NCBI GenBank assembly: GCA_009602725.1
Contig: WELB01000022.1
Span: 799,389-828,793, forward strand
Source of the DNA: Spirogloea muscicola
Taxonomy: Eukaryota
Direction: 5' to 3'
Length of the DNA: 29,405 nt
Part shown: in pieces, positions 1-11,900 of the stretch
Numbering within the stretch: position 1 is the stretch's first letter
Layout: every line of letters begins with the position of its first letter
Made by a program: the position numbers and the translations under genes
Notes under the pieces: generated by a model
Databases searched by the model: none
What the model was told of the DNA's origin: nothing
Seen by the model: only the letters and a program-made list of their open reading frames with translations

Positions 1-1499
1 GACGGCCTTCGATTCGTCAAGGTCCGCGTGAGGTCAATCAGGATACCGCAGATTGGGGATAAATTCGCCAGCCGACATGGGCAGAAGGGCACGGTTGGAA
101 TGACGTACACCCAAGAGGACATGCCTTGGTCGCAGGTAAGGCTAAAACCCATATTACGGTAATCACATACTGTTATCAAAGCTGATTAGCTGTTAGTCTT
201 CGTCAGTCTGTAAAAGTAGCTCAAAGGTGAGCAAAGGCGACAGGATATCACCATCAACAACTTATCATGCTACTAACCACCAATTGCTCTAATGATATGC
301 AAGTTTTTTCCAGGAGGGTATCACGCCAGACATCATCGTGAATCCACACGCCATTCCATCACGTATGACCATTGGGCATTTGATCGAGGCGCTGATGAGC
401 AAGGTGGCAGCACACATGGGGAAGGAGGGCGACGCCACACCTTTCACTGACGTGACTGTGGACAACATCAGCAAGGCGTTGCACAGGTGCGGGTACCAGG
501 CGCAGGGCTTTGAGGTGATGTACAATGGACATACGGGTCGGCGCCTGCAGGCGCAGGTCTTCCTCAACCCGACCTACTACCAGCGCCTCAAGCACATGGT
601 GGATGACAAGATCCACTCACGCGGCCGCGGGCCAGTGCAGGTGCCCCAGAGCTTAATCCTAGCCCATAAGAGTAAAATGTAGACTCCTTGAAAACAGCCG
701 AAGGAATTTCTTTGCTGACCTACAATACCTACTTCATCTGCATGTCAGCTTTAGCCAAAGTAGCTAGTTCTTAGATTTGAGCTTTTAAGCAACAGATGAA
801 GTAGATCAAGCCTCACACCCTTGCTGATGTTAAGCTACCCACGTGCGAGAAGGTAGAGGTCTGTTAGCATAATTGCAGTGTACTGCTGTCAAGGCTGCAG
901 TCGTAAGAACGTAGTAAGTAACAACTTTGATGAGTATAGTATTTCTGCCCCCGCAGATCTTGACAAGGCAGCCGGCAGAGGGCAGGGCCAGGGATGGTGG
1001 GTTGAGATTTGGAGAGATGGAGCGGGACTGCATGATTGCGCACGGCGCTGCCGCCTTCCTGAAAGAGCGGCTCTTTGACCAGAGCGATGCATACCGGGTG
1101 CATGTGTGCGAGTACTGCGGGTTGATTGCCAATGCTAACCTGAAGAAGAACCTGTTCGAGTGCCGAGGCTGCAAGAACAAGACGGACATCGTGCAGGTAT
1201 GCCTTCTACCGTCACAGGCGGGAATGCAATCTATACTTCCACATCATCAAGTCTCCAACTTCTGAGGCTTTCATCCTGCTCGCCTGCTCCTGTGATGTTT
1301 CATCATTACTGGGTCATTTGCATTACTCGTCATTGTGCTAGCTCGCAAGCTCTGTGGTGTTTTGCTGGTCTTACTCTGGTTCACTCTTTCGCAGGTTCAC
1401 ATCCCGTACGCGTGCAAGCTACTGTTCCAGGAGCTCATGTCCATGGCCATTGCGCCGCGGATGATGACCCGCTTTGCGGTACCCAAGAAAAAGAAATAG
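1..1499 (+). CDS. RPB2: RNA polymerase II second-largest subunit, 3' part (exons <1-135, 314-640, 957-1196, 1395-1499)
   Basis: Spliced translation gives [64 protein letters not shown], the zinc ribbon CEYC..CRGC and [21 protein letters not shown]. Three phase-0 GT-AG introns; stop TAG at 1497-1499. Confidence 0.97.
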
Positions 1500-2492
1500 G
1501 AGTCACTTAGCGTGGCCTATGCTTCAAGCCGAGGTGTGTAGGCCTTCACTTTTGTACAAAGCTCTCTCAATTTCATTCATTAATTTGGGCAACTTCCGCC
1601 CCTTGCCAAGTGGCAGACTGTGCTCCCAAGCATGTATACCTTCTTGGGGCGTGCAAGATTGCGCACCAGCCTGCTGCAAGACTGCGCTCTTATTGCCAAG
1701 GGACGATGGAGGTCAAGCCTCAAACGCTGCTCACATTCGGCCAGGACAGCTGGTCAGCAGCATGCAAGCAGCCATTCTGCAGACTGAACTCTCGCCCTGT
1801 CCTAGTAGGTACCGTACATCACTTGTTACTTGTTGACTTCCTTCTCTCAGTACCCCTTCCTTTGCCGAGTTGGCAGAAAGCACACTGGTTTACTGATTGT
1901 TACCTCGCTTAGGTTGGCAGGGATTCACAAGTTGAGCACGATAAAGCAGGGCAGACTGTTGTCGAGATCATGTCTGATGGATGTGTCAGTCACCAGAAAA
2001 TGCAGTGGAAAGAAAGTAAGAAAGAACTATTCCACACCCAGCAAGCTGCTATGTGCAATACTACCTTGAACGCTGGCGATAGAGAATGTCGGTTCAGTTT
2101 GCAAGCATCGGTGGCAGCCAGATGTTCTTACGAGTGGCTGTGAGAGGCTAGCCTACAGGGAATGGCAGGTATAATTCATCAGTCTTTCCTGACATTAGCC
2201 TTGAGATCATCAACCTTAAGCTCTCTTCGAACACGGCTGGAGCTGATTAGCGGCTCAAGTGTGGCAGCAAAAGGTTTTGGCCAAATTGGCAATTCCGTTT
2301 GTGCAACACAGACTGTAATCACTGCGGCATCCACACTTCTCGGAGCATTCTCTTAGTCACATGCGCTTGTTCTTTCATAAACCTGTGCGCATCAACTCTC
2401 ACCGATGAGAAGAAAGCAGCTCATCAATTTGATGGGTTTGGCTGTGAGACGATGACCCCCCTCACAGCCGATGACCCCCCAATCACGTTACG

Positions 2493-2640
2493 TTCAGGGT
2501 TAAGGGTTTAGGGTTTAGGGGGTTTAGGGGTTATGTTTAGGGTTCAGGGTTAAGGGTTAATGGTTTAGGGTAGAGAGATTGGATCGGGTGTTAGATGAGT
2601 TTAGGGTTTAGGGTTGCAGGTTGGCCTTAGATTTTAGGGT
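2493..2640 (+). repeat. Degenerate telomere-like (TTTAGGG)n interstitial array upstream of SPT6
   Basis: ttcagggttaagggtttagggtttaggggg...tttagggttcagggttaagggttaatggtttaggg...tttaggggtttagggtt...ttttagggt. Confidence 0.9.
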
Positions 2641-2729
2641 GGGGAGAAACAGGCACAGTGAGTGAGCGCAAGGCCGCCTGCCGCGGAGGGACCCCCGCCG
2701 CGGCGGCCGCGCGCGCCGCCGCCGCCGCC

Positions 2730-2843
2730 NNNNNNNNNNNNNNNNNNNNNNNNNNNNNNNNNNNNNNNNNNNNNNNNNNNNNNNNNNNNNNNNNNNNNNN
2801 NNNNNNNNNNNNNNNNNNNNNNNNNNNNNNNNNNNNNNNNNNN
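2730..2843. other. Assembly gap (N run), probably containing the SPT6 start
   Basis: N run flanked by (GCC)n on the left and (GGC)n on the right. Confidence 0.95.
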
Positions 2844-2948
2844 CGATCTCGGAGCGCGGCGGCGGCGGCGGTGGCCGGCGGCGGCGGCAGGGCGGCGGCG
2901 GTGGCGCAGTGGACGACGAGGCCGAGGAGGACGTGGACGAGGACGAGG

Positions 2949-2991
<43 letters not shown>

Positions 2992-5900
2992 TGACGACGA
3001 CGACGACGACGAGGACGAGGAGGAGGAGGAAGGCGAGCACCGCCACCGCCGCCGCCACACCTTGAACCCTAACCCTAATCCTAAACCCTGGAGCCGCACG
3101 CATCCTCGGGGCGCTGGCGCTGGCGATGGCGCTGACCCCCGCCGCCGCCGCTGAGCCGCGCAGAAAGATTTAGTGTCAGATTAGAATCAGCAGGCTGCTG
3201 AGATTATATTTGCCGATGGCAGAGGAGGGCCAGAACGAGTACGAGAAGGACGGCTGGATGGTGGACGACGTGGACGAGGAGGAGGAGGAGGCGGCGGCTG
3301 CCGAGGATGGCGACGGCGACGGCGCCGCCGAGGAGGCCCGCGCCCGCCGCAAGAAGCGCCGCAAGACGTGAGCTATTGCCGCTTCTGCCGCGCTTGGCAG
3401 AGTACTCCTTTGGTAAGGGAAAGTTCTCCGGTTCAAGTCCGGTCGTGGGCGGCATGAGTTGCCGGACAGGGCCAGTCTTCGCCGCGTTGGGCGGCCGTGG
3501 CTGGGACGGCCCTTACCCAGTACAGTGAATTGACCTTACTGAAGCTCTGAAGGTCTGAAGCCCTTCATCATGGTCGTCTAGCTTGTTCATCGCCTGACTT
3601 AAGTAAAATGGGGTGCCGTGGCGGCACAGAGAGCTGGAGCTGGATGACGAGGACTACGAGCTTCTGCAGGAGAATGTCGCCGGCTACCACCGTCCGCCGC
3701 CTAAGGCCGTGAGCACTGCCGCTTCTGCTGGCTGCATAATCGAACATAGACGGTCTAGGGTTGAAGTGTGTAGGTTTAATCTTTAATAAACTCCTAAACC
3801 CTCCTTACACAACTCCTACACCCTCCTTCAACCTGTCAACTGGCTCGGCCACGCCGCCAGTGCCACCATGACGGTCCCTGCCTAACGAGCTCGCCGCTAC
3901 GGGGCGCCTGGCAGGGCGACAAGAAGAAGTTCAAGCGGCTGAAGAAGCGGAACGCGGAGCTGGACATCGAGGAGGAAGGCGGGGGCGGCGGTGCTGAGCG
4001 GGGCCGCCTAGGCGAGGACGGGGAGGAGAGCGCCGGCGGCCTGCACAAGACTGAGGGTCGTAGGCCGGGTGGCGGCGCGGCCACCGGGCGGACAGCGGAG
4101 CAGGTGTTCGAGCGCTCGCTGTTCGGCGACGACAAAGATGGTGAGGAGATCCGGCGCTCCCCCCTCATCTGCTGCACGTTGTGATGTACCGTAAGGCTTG
4201 TAAGGCCTGATGTAAATCCAAACCTTTCCTAAACTCGAAACCCAAAATCACTACACCCGAACCCTAAACCTCTAAACCCTAAGCTTAAACCCTAAAACCT
4301 TAAAACTTAAACCCGTCATACCTTCCAAGCCAATTTTTCCCAAACCGTTTTTCTTGACTTCTCCAATTGCCAATAAGCGCGCGCTGCCAGGCATTGCAGA
4401 GGATGACGATGCCGCGCTACTCGAGAGGCCGCCTGGGGACAGCGAGGATGGCGAGGAGGATGAGGATCTCGCTGAGGAGGAAGACGAGATGGCCGACTTC
4501 ATTGTGGACGAGGAGGAGGACGAGCACGGCCAGCCAGTGCGGCGGCGGCGGCCGAAGAAGCGCGCGGGCCGCAGCGCGGCAGAGGGCGTCAACGCGTCGG
4601 CGCTGCAGGAGGCGCAGGACATCTTCGGCGACGTCACGGAGCTGCTGGAGATGGACCGGCAGCGGCGCGAGGCGATGGACGCCGGGGGCGGCGACGAGGA
4701 CGGCGCTGCGGGGCTGGACGAGGAGGGCGAGGAGGGCGCAGAGGACGATGACACAGAGGGCCGGCGGCGGGCCCGGCGGACCGCTGCGGGGGCTGCGGGG
4801 TCCCTGGCCAAGCAGTCGCTCGCCCGGCGCTTCGAGCCAAGCGTGCTGGAGGCCAAGTACATGACAGAGCGCGACGAGCAGATCCGGCAGCTTGACGTCC
4901 CTGAGCGCATGCAGGTGATGGCGTCTGCTCTGTGTCGGCAGGACTGCTTGCACACATTGTCTGATCCTGCCATATAGTCCGGCGTGTTAGGATTGTGGCT
5001 CATTTAGATGCTAACACTACTGGACGTTGATGTTTGTAAGGGGAAAGACTGTCTGCAGATGAGGTCTAGGAGAATTGGCCTGAGGTCTAGGTGACCTGGA
5101 CCTGGACCTGGAGTGACCTGGAAGTTAGTCAATGACTGTCCATTTTCAAAGTCCAGGTAATTATACTTAGACAGCTAACTGTAGCAAGGAGGTGTTGCTG
5201 AACAAGCTCCTGATTTGTCAATGTGCAGCTGCTTGCCGAGGCCGTCGGGCCCATCCCAGCACAGGACGTGGCTGACGAGGCAGTGTGGATCTTTGACCGC
5301 GTCATTGGCGCGCTGGCGCGTCCTCCGCTGCCAGAGCTTGCGTACCTGACGACCATGGAGCCGCCCTCTGAGAAGGCGCAGCGGCAGGCCACAGTGCAGG
5401 AGGAGGTTGCCAACGTCCTTGAGATGATGCACAGCGAGATGCTGGAGGTGCGACATCCGGTGGCAATTCTTGCCCATGCTTTTACTTGCTCCTTGGTGCC
5501 ATTGCTGACATTCTGTGGGCATGTCGTGATTGCATGAAGTTGAGGTAAGTGGATATTGGGTTGACAGACAACGATCCAGGAGCAAGCAGGAATATGCTAT
5601 TGAAGTCCATGCATGAAGGGCAGATAGATGACCAGCTGAGGTGCCGCTCTTCACGTGTTAGGGGTCTTGCATTGGGAACAGACGGATGACCGGCTCAGCT
5701 TACTCTTAACATAATTATCACAAATGTGCTGCTCTCTATCATTGTGTAGCCACAGCTGTAGTCACAGCCCTTGTGTGTGAGACTCCTTCATGAAGCTGAG
5801 CTGTGCAGCCGCAAGAGGTGGTCTTGAGTCGGATACTGACCAAAATCTGCTGTCGTTTCTCTGCTTGGCATGTCTGGCGCTCTTGTTCCTCAGGTGCCGT

Positions 5901-8900
5901 TCATTGGGATGTATCGCAAGGCCGCATGCCCGACGCTCCTCGGAAGGCGCGGGAAGGAGGACCGCCATCGACTTCAGAACTTCAAGGTGGGCTTGCAGCA
6001 CCGGATATCCATTGCTTGGACACCCTTTGCTAGTCATCCTTGGCTCAACACCTCCGTCTTTACTTCGGAACACCTTCACAGATGATGGTCAGAGGGAGCC
6101 AGAGAATAGGCCTCTCACGATCAGGGTTTTAGAATACGACATGTATGTTTGCTTTGGCCATTCGAAGCAATGCACGCCCCCTAATACGTAGATTGTTGCA
6201 GAAACCCTCAGTTGATGAGCAAAGGCCTGGCTGGGTCCTACATACTGTAGCAGATGATGCAATGTAGTCTGACGCGTCACACCTTGTCGCTCTGTTGCTG
6301 TCCCAATAAGTCGTTGCACCTCAGCGAGCAATGCCCCGCTTCTTGCTAGCAGGCGCTGTGGGCAATCTGCCACTGGGACAAGAAGTGGCTGCAGCTGCAG
6401 CAGCGGAAGCAAGTTGTGTACCGGCTCTACTCCAAGGCCCAGGCGACGGCAGAGCAGGATGTGCGGCGCAGCGAGGTGCTGGAGCGCATCCGCGGAGCTG
6501 TGCTGGATGCGCAGTCGGAGCAAGCCCTGGAAGACCTGGATGCCAAGTTTCACCTGCAGGTCTGCTGCGCCACACCTGTCGCTGAGACTGCTGAGCAGAC
6601 CAGACTTACCTTGCTGCTAAATTCGTGCCCAGGCTCTGCTTCCATGAGCTTATGATGGGGTGCTGCTTCCATGAGCTTATGATGATCTACAAGCCTCAAG
6701 CTCTGCTGGAGCTGCTCTGCCACTATCATATGTGGCCAGAGAATGCGAGAAAATCACATGCTTACCTTGTCAATCAGTGCTCATCCTCCCTACTCCTATC
6801 GAGCATCTGAGGCCTGTGATGAGCACACTGCTTTACCAGAGAGTCTTGACACTCACCCTTGAATTGTAATGTCCAAGCAGTTTCCTCCCGAGGAGACGGA
6901 GCAGATGCAGAGCGTGTTCAAGCGGCCGAAGAAGCGAACACTGTACTCGGTGTACAGGAAGTTAGGACTTGGAAGCTTGGCCAAGCAATTTGGGCTGACT
7001 GCCGAGCAACTCGCCGCCAGCTTGGAAGACATGTACAAGGTGCTTGCCATCCCACAGGAGGCACAACTGTGCCTGCCTCAATGTGCATTATAGCATGCTC
7101 TAGAGACCTCTCATATGCCTTGCTTGGTGACAGTAAATGACATCTATGTCATGAGACTCTCGACAGCAACACGAGGTGGAGGATCCCACACGCTCGCCTG
7201 AAGAGACGGCGGAGCAACAGGAGGGCCTGGCACAGGCTGGCCTGCAGGACGTCCAGCTCCTGCTTAAGGGAGCTCGGCACATGGTAATAAGCGCCTGCCA
7301 CTTGCAACCAGACCTCTTATCCAGGCGATGCAGTTAATCTTGAGTCCGTACATTTTTAAATATGACATAAGTTGATCTAGCTGTGCTTTCGTAGTAGATC
7401 AGTACTAATTGTTCACCATCGTGAGACTCGCCTCCAAAAGTGGTGTATGTTACTTTGCTGAAAGGACAGCTTGTGTAGTTGTTTGCTTGTTGTGATTTCT
7501 CCTTAGTAATGTCCTTGTGCTTCATCTCAGTAGCACGTTCAGATTGCAACATGTGAATCTGAACATGGTACTGCACTGGAATGGGGTCTTCAAACACAGG
7601 CTGCAGTGGAAATTGCATCGGAGGTTGCTGTGCGGGAGTTTGTGCGTTCACGATTCGGTGCCGCGGCGGTGGTCAACGCGAAGCCGACAGCCGCCGGCCA
7701 GTCCGCCATTGACGCCTTCCACTCGTACGGCCCGTTCAAGTGGCTGGAAAACAAGCCGCTGCGCGAGTTTGACGATGACGATCAGTGGCTGCTCCTACAG
7801 AAAGGGCAGGACGAGGGCCTGCTCGACGTGAGTGTTGGCATGCTGCCGTCCGAGCAGAAGAGTCTCCTGAAGGAGCTTGAGAATCTGTACCTCAGCGACG
7901 CCGTCAGCTTCATGGCTCGCCGCTGGAATCAGGAGCGCGAGTTGATACTACGCGAGGCCGTGGTCTCGATCTTGATCCCTGTCATGGAGCGAGAGGCCCG
8001 CCAGGCAAGACTTATTCTGATGCTATAGTACAGCAGGAGTTGAGGTGTCCGATATGGATGTGCTATGTGTAACAGCTTAGAGTTAGCTGTCTGCCTCCCT
8101 GCCTAACTTCAACTTTCAAGCAGAAGGTCTCATACCTCATGTCACATTTGCTTACTTGCAAATCCTCAAGCTGAAGGTCCCATGTCTCATATCACTCTGG
8201 CATGGACTGTTGCTGATGTTGTGAGCCCTCCTGGAATTGACGTGATGGAGCTGCTCTTTCCCATGTCGGCGTCACAGGCGCTTGCCAGCCGAGCAAAGCA
8301 GCACGTGCTGGAGAAGTACGCGCAGGTGCTGTGGGACGTTGCAGCGAGGGCGCCGTATGACGCAAGGGCAGGGCTGAGCCGGGGCGGCGATCTGAGGGAT
8401 CGGGACGAGGAGCGCGACCATGGCTGGGACCGCGAGCTCAACCGCGAGCGCGAGCGCGAGCGCGACCCAGAACCGCCGGAGGAGGACCTAGCCATGCGCG
8501 TGGCGGCGTGCTGCTGGGGACCCGGCAACCCGGCAACGACGTTCGTGATGCTCAATGCCGCCGGCGACCTCGTAGACATCCTGCACGCAGGGTACCTCAG
8601 CATGGGCGGCGGCGGCGAGGAGCACCAGCGGCGCAAGGACGGCGACCGGGAGCGGCTGCTGACGTTCCTCGCCGAGAACCAGCCGCACGTCGTTGCGCTG
8701 GGGGGCGCCAACCTGCAATGCAAGCGGCTGAAGGACGACATCTACGCCATCATCTTCAAGATTGTCGAGGACGAGCCCAAGTTCCTGTCCGACGAGGTCG
8801 CAGCACTCGACTGCTTCTTCGTGGAGGAGACGCTTGCCCAGCTTTATGAGCGCTCGCCCGTCTCGCAGGACCAGCTTCCTGGCCAGCCAGGTCTGGCACC

Positions 8901-11900
8901 AGCTTGAGCGCCGTAGTCGAGCTGCTTGGGAGCTTGACCGTCGCTTAATGTGTATGTGACATTGTGGACCTTAACCCTGATGTATGCATGCGCTGTTGGG
9001 TAACCATGCATGCGCCAGATTCATTCGATCTTGCATTGGCATGACTCATTCCTCTCAGGTATTGTCCGAAGGGCCGTGGCCTTGGGGCGCTACATTCAGA
9101 ACCCGCTTGCCATGGTGGCTTCGCTCTGCGGGCCTGAGCGAGAGATTCTCTCCGCCAAGTTTCATCCTCTTCAGGCAAGCTAATGCCATCTGCGGCTGAA
9201 TTTGCAGCTTCACATATATAGGTTCTTGGTTATGAGTGTACAGCACCATTGATTTTGCAGTGGTAACACGCAAATGGTGGCTAGGGGTTGAGACATGGAT
9301 CACATTCACTTAGGTGTTGTAAATCTCCTTAAAGCAGCTGACCACAGCTTATGCAGCACCGAGATCCAGCACATTAGCTGGTTGCTTGTCAGCGTCATGG
9401 ATGCAGTGCAGCCTTTTGGCACCTTTCCAACTATTGTTCTGAGTGGCAGAGAAGTATGTGGTGTTCTCCTGCACTTGCTTGCGATTGAGCCCAAGTCGCA
9501 TTGCATGCTGCAGGATCTGCTGACCAGAGACGAGGTTTATGAGACGGTGGAGAGAGTCATGGTCACCATCTCCAGTCAAGTGGGGATCGACCTCAACGAA
9601 GCTGCCACGCATGACTGGCTCTTCTCGCCTCTCCAATTTGTTGCTGGTCTTGGTCCCAGGAAGGCCATGCACATTCAGGCAAGAGCTTATTATATTGAGC
9701 AAGTCATTGACAGATGGCCAACATATCGCTTTTAGGCGAATCCTCGCTTGGTCAGTCACTTACTTATGAAAGAAGGCACTAACAAAGACTAGTGAGGTGT
9801 ACAAGAAAGAGCTTCTTAAGACTGCGTTCACTACGATGTGCACCTTCTTTGAGCTCTCTTGGTCGTCTCTCTTATGGACTAGGAATAGGGGCCTGCCTAA
9901 TTACTGCAGGATCTCCAACCTGGCATTGGCCAGTCCTCAAGCTGCTTGCATTTGTCTTCATGCGCACAGAGGGTAATCAAAGGAGCTGGGAAAATAGCGA
10001 CTCGCATGGAGCTCCTGGACTCCTTGGCCCTGATGCTGCGCTTCGTCTTCATCAATGCTGCCGGGGCGATGCGCGTCCGGGCGTCTGGCTCCGCGGCCTC
10101 GGCTGACATCACATTCGAGCCATTGGATGACACCCGCATCCATCCTGTGAGTAAACCCGTTCCGTTCCTTTGTTCTTCATCACCTGACATTAAGAAGTAC
10201 GCCACTTTGCATTGCTGCAAATAAGTGCCTAGCTCGAGCTTGTTTTAGCTCTTAGGAATTTGCTCCATCAATTGTTGGAGGGAAGGGCGATGATGCGAGA
10301 GATTTGGCCAAAAGGGTTCAGATCTTAACACACAGGGAAGATGTGGTCACTGCCACAAATTATATGGCTGCATTGCACCATCAATTATGTTGTCCAAGTG
10401 AGGACCTGCTTGAGATGCCCAACAGGTGTCATACGAGGACGCCAAGGCCATGGCTGAGGCCGTGTACTGCTCAGCCGTTGGCGAGAAGAGGGAGGATGTG
10501 GACCAAGACACACTGGAGCTGTGCGTGGAGTGGGTGAGGGAACATCCGGATGCCATGGCACGCCTTGAAGTAGAGGACTACGTGAAGCGCCTGGAGGTAC
10601 ACTCCCAAGCTTGACTTGGAGCATGTGGACCTAGTATAACAGGCAGTGTAGCTAGATTGGTTGATTATTGTTCGTTATTGACTGCTAAGCTCATTGCCCA
10701 CCTTGTGTCCATGCACACCTCTGTGTCTGAAATGCTCATTAACCTTCGAGATTTTACGGTAAGCTTCAAGGGATGAGCAGAGGAGCTGCTCTAGCTTTGC
10801 AGCACTATCCTACTTCGATCTGCACCTTGTTGTTAGTGACGTCAGACATCACTGTGGTTCTTGCAGAAAGAAGTTGACCTTGACACGTTGCTGGACGTTA
10901 AAGGCGAGTTGGTCAAGGGCTACCGGGAGTGGAGGTTGCCTTACAAGGTTCCCACAATGGATGAGGAGTTCTATCTCCTCAGTGGAGAGACGCCAACCAG
11001 CCTGGCTCAAGGCAGAGTAGTACAGGTGCCTAAGCCATCGCTAGCACTTATGACCTTTTGACAGCGCTGGAGACTTACATGCATGTTTGTGAAGTGCTCA
11101 TCGTATGTGCATTATTGTGATACTGGACTGCAATGTATAAGCTCAAGTCACTTTTTCTTGTTTAACTCGATGTTGATCAGCACCTGCGATGCAGGCAAAG
11201 GTCAAGAAGGTGCAGCAGAATCGGATCCTGTGCACCCTGGAGTCAGGACTTCTGGCTGTAGTTCACAAGGAGGACTTGACTGATGACAGAGACGCTGACA
11301 TCTCGGACAGAGTTTCTGAAGGTGCTGTCATCACAGGGAGGATCCAGAAAGTTTTGCCTTCACAGTACCAGGTCAGCCTGACACGCAAATTCAAGGCCTC
11401 AAGCTTGTATGTGATGCTTCAATTCTCCGAGCACAGATGCATGCCATGGTTATGACTCGTTGCTAGCCTTATTGAGTATTTAATGAAAGTTTCCTCTTTG
11501 CTGCATGGCAGGTCACCTTGATATGCCGGGGGAGTGAGCTCCGCAGTGATAATTGGCATCAGGCCATGCCCAAGGACAAGTATTTCCGGCGTGACGAGAG
11601 CGTGGCGCTCATTGAGGAGGAGCGTCTGAAGAAAAAGGCCGAGATGGAGCGGCGGCGTGCCTTCCGTCCGCGCATGATTGTGCACCCCCTCTTCCAGAAT
11701 GTCTCGCTGCCTGAAGCTATGCAGGTGAGACATGTCCCAGAGCGCACCTCAAGCTGTGCTGTCACCCTCTTCGCTTCTTGACACTTAAATTATATCTGCC
11801 ACAATGTCCTTTTCGAAAAAGTCGCTACTATGAAATGAAAAGATGTGCAGTCATACTCTTCAAGATGTAGCGGCAGCTACAGAGTCCCAGAGCCTATGGG

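Noticed and set aside
1..1499. Pol IV/V second subunit (NRPD2) or Pol III RPC2
   Set aside because: Motifs such as [25 protein letters not shown] and [15 protein letters not shown] are Pol II type.
1474..2511. Short ORFs downstream of RPB2
   Set aside because: No recognisable motifs or codon bias; probably 3' UTR and intergenic sequence.
2493..2640. True chromosome end or telomere fusion
   Set aside because: The array is short, degenerate and embedded between intact genes.
4272..5003. 243-aa Ser-rich antisense ORF
   Set aside because: Shadow of GC-rich, GAG/GAC-rich SPT6 exon; the same applies to 8187-8741, 23479-23997 and 27355-27933.
5061..5122. gaggtctagg / gacctg short repeats as a possible CRISPR or element end
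   Set aside because: Slippage-type intronic microrepeats with no spacers; eukaryotic context.
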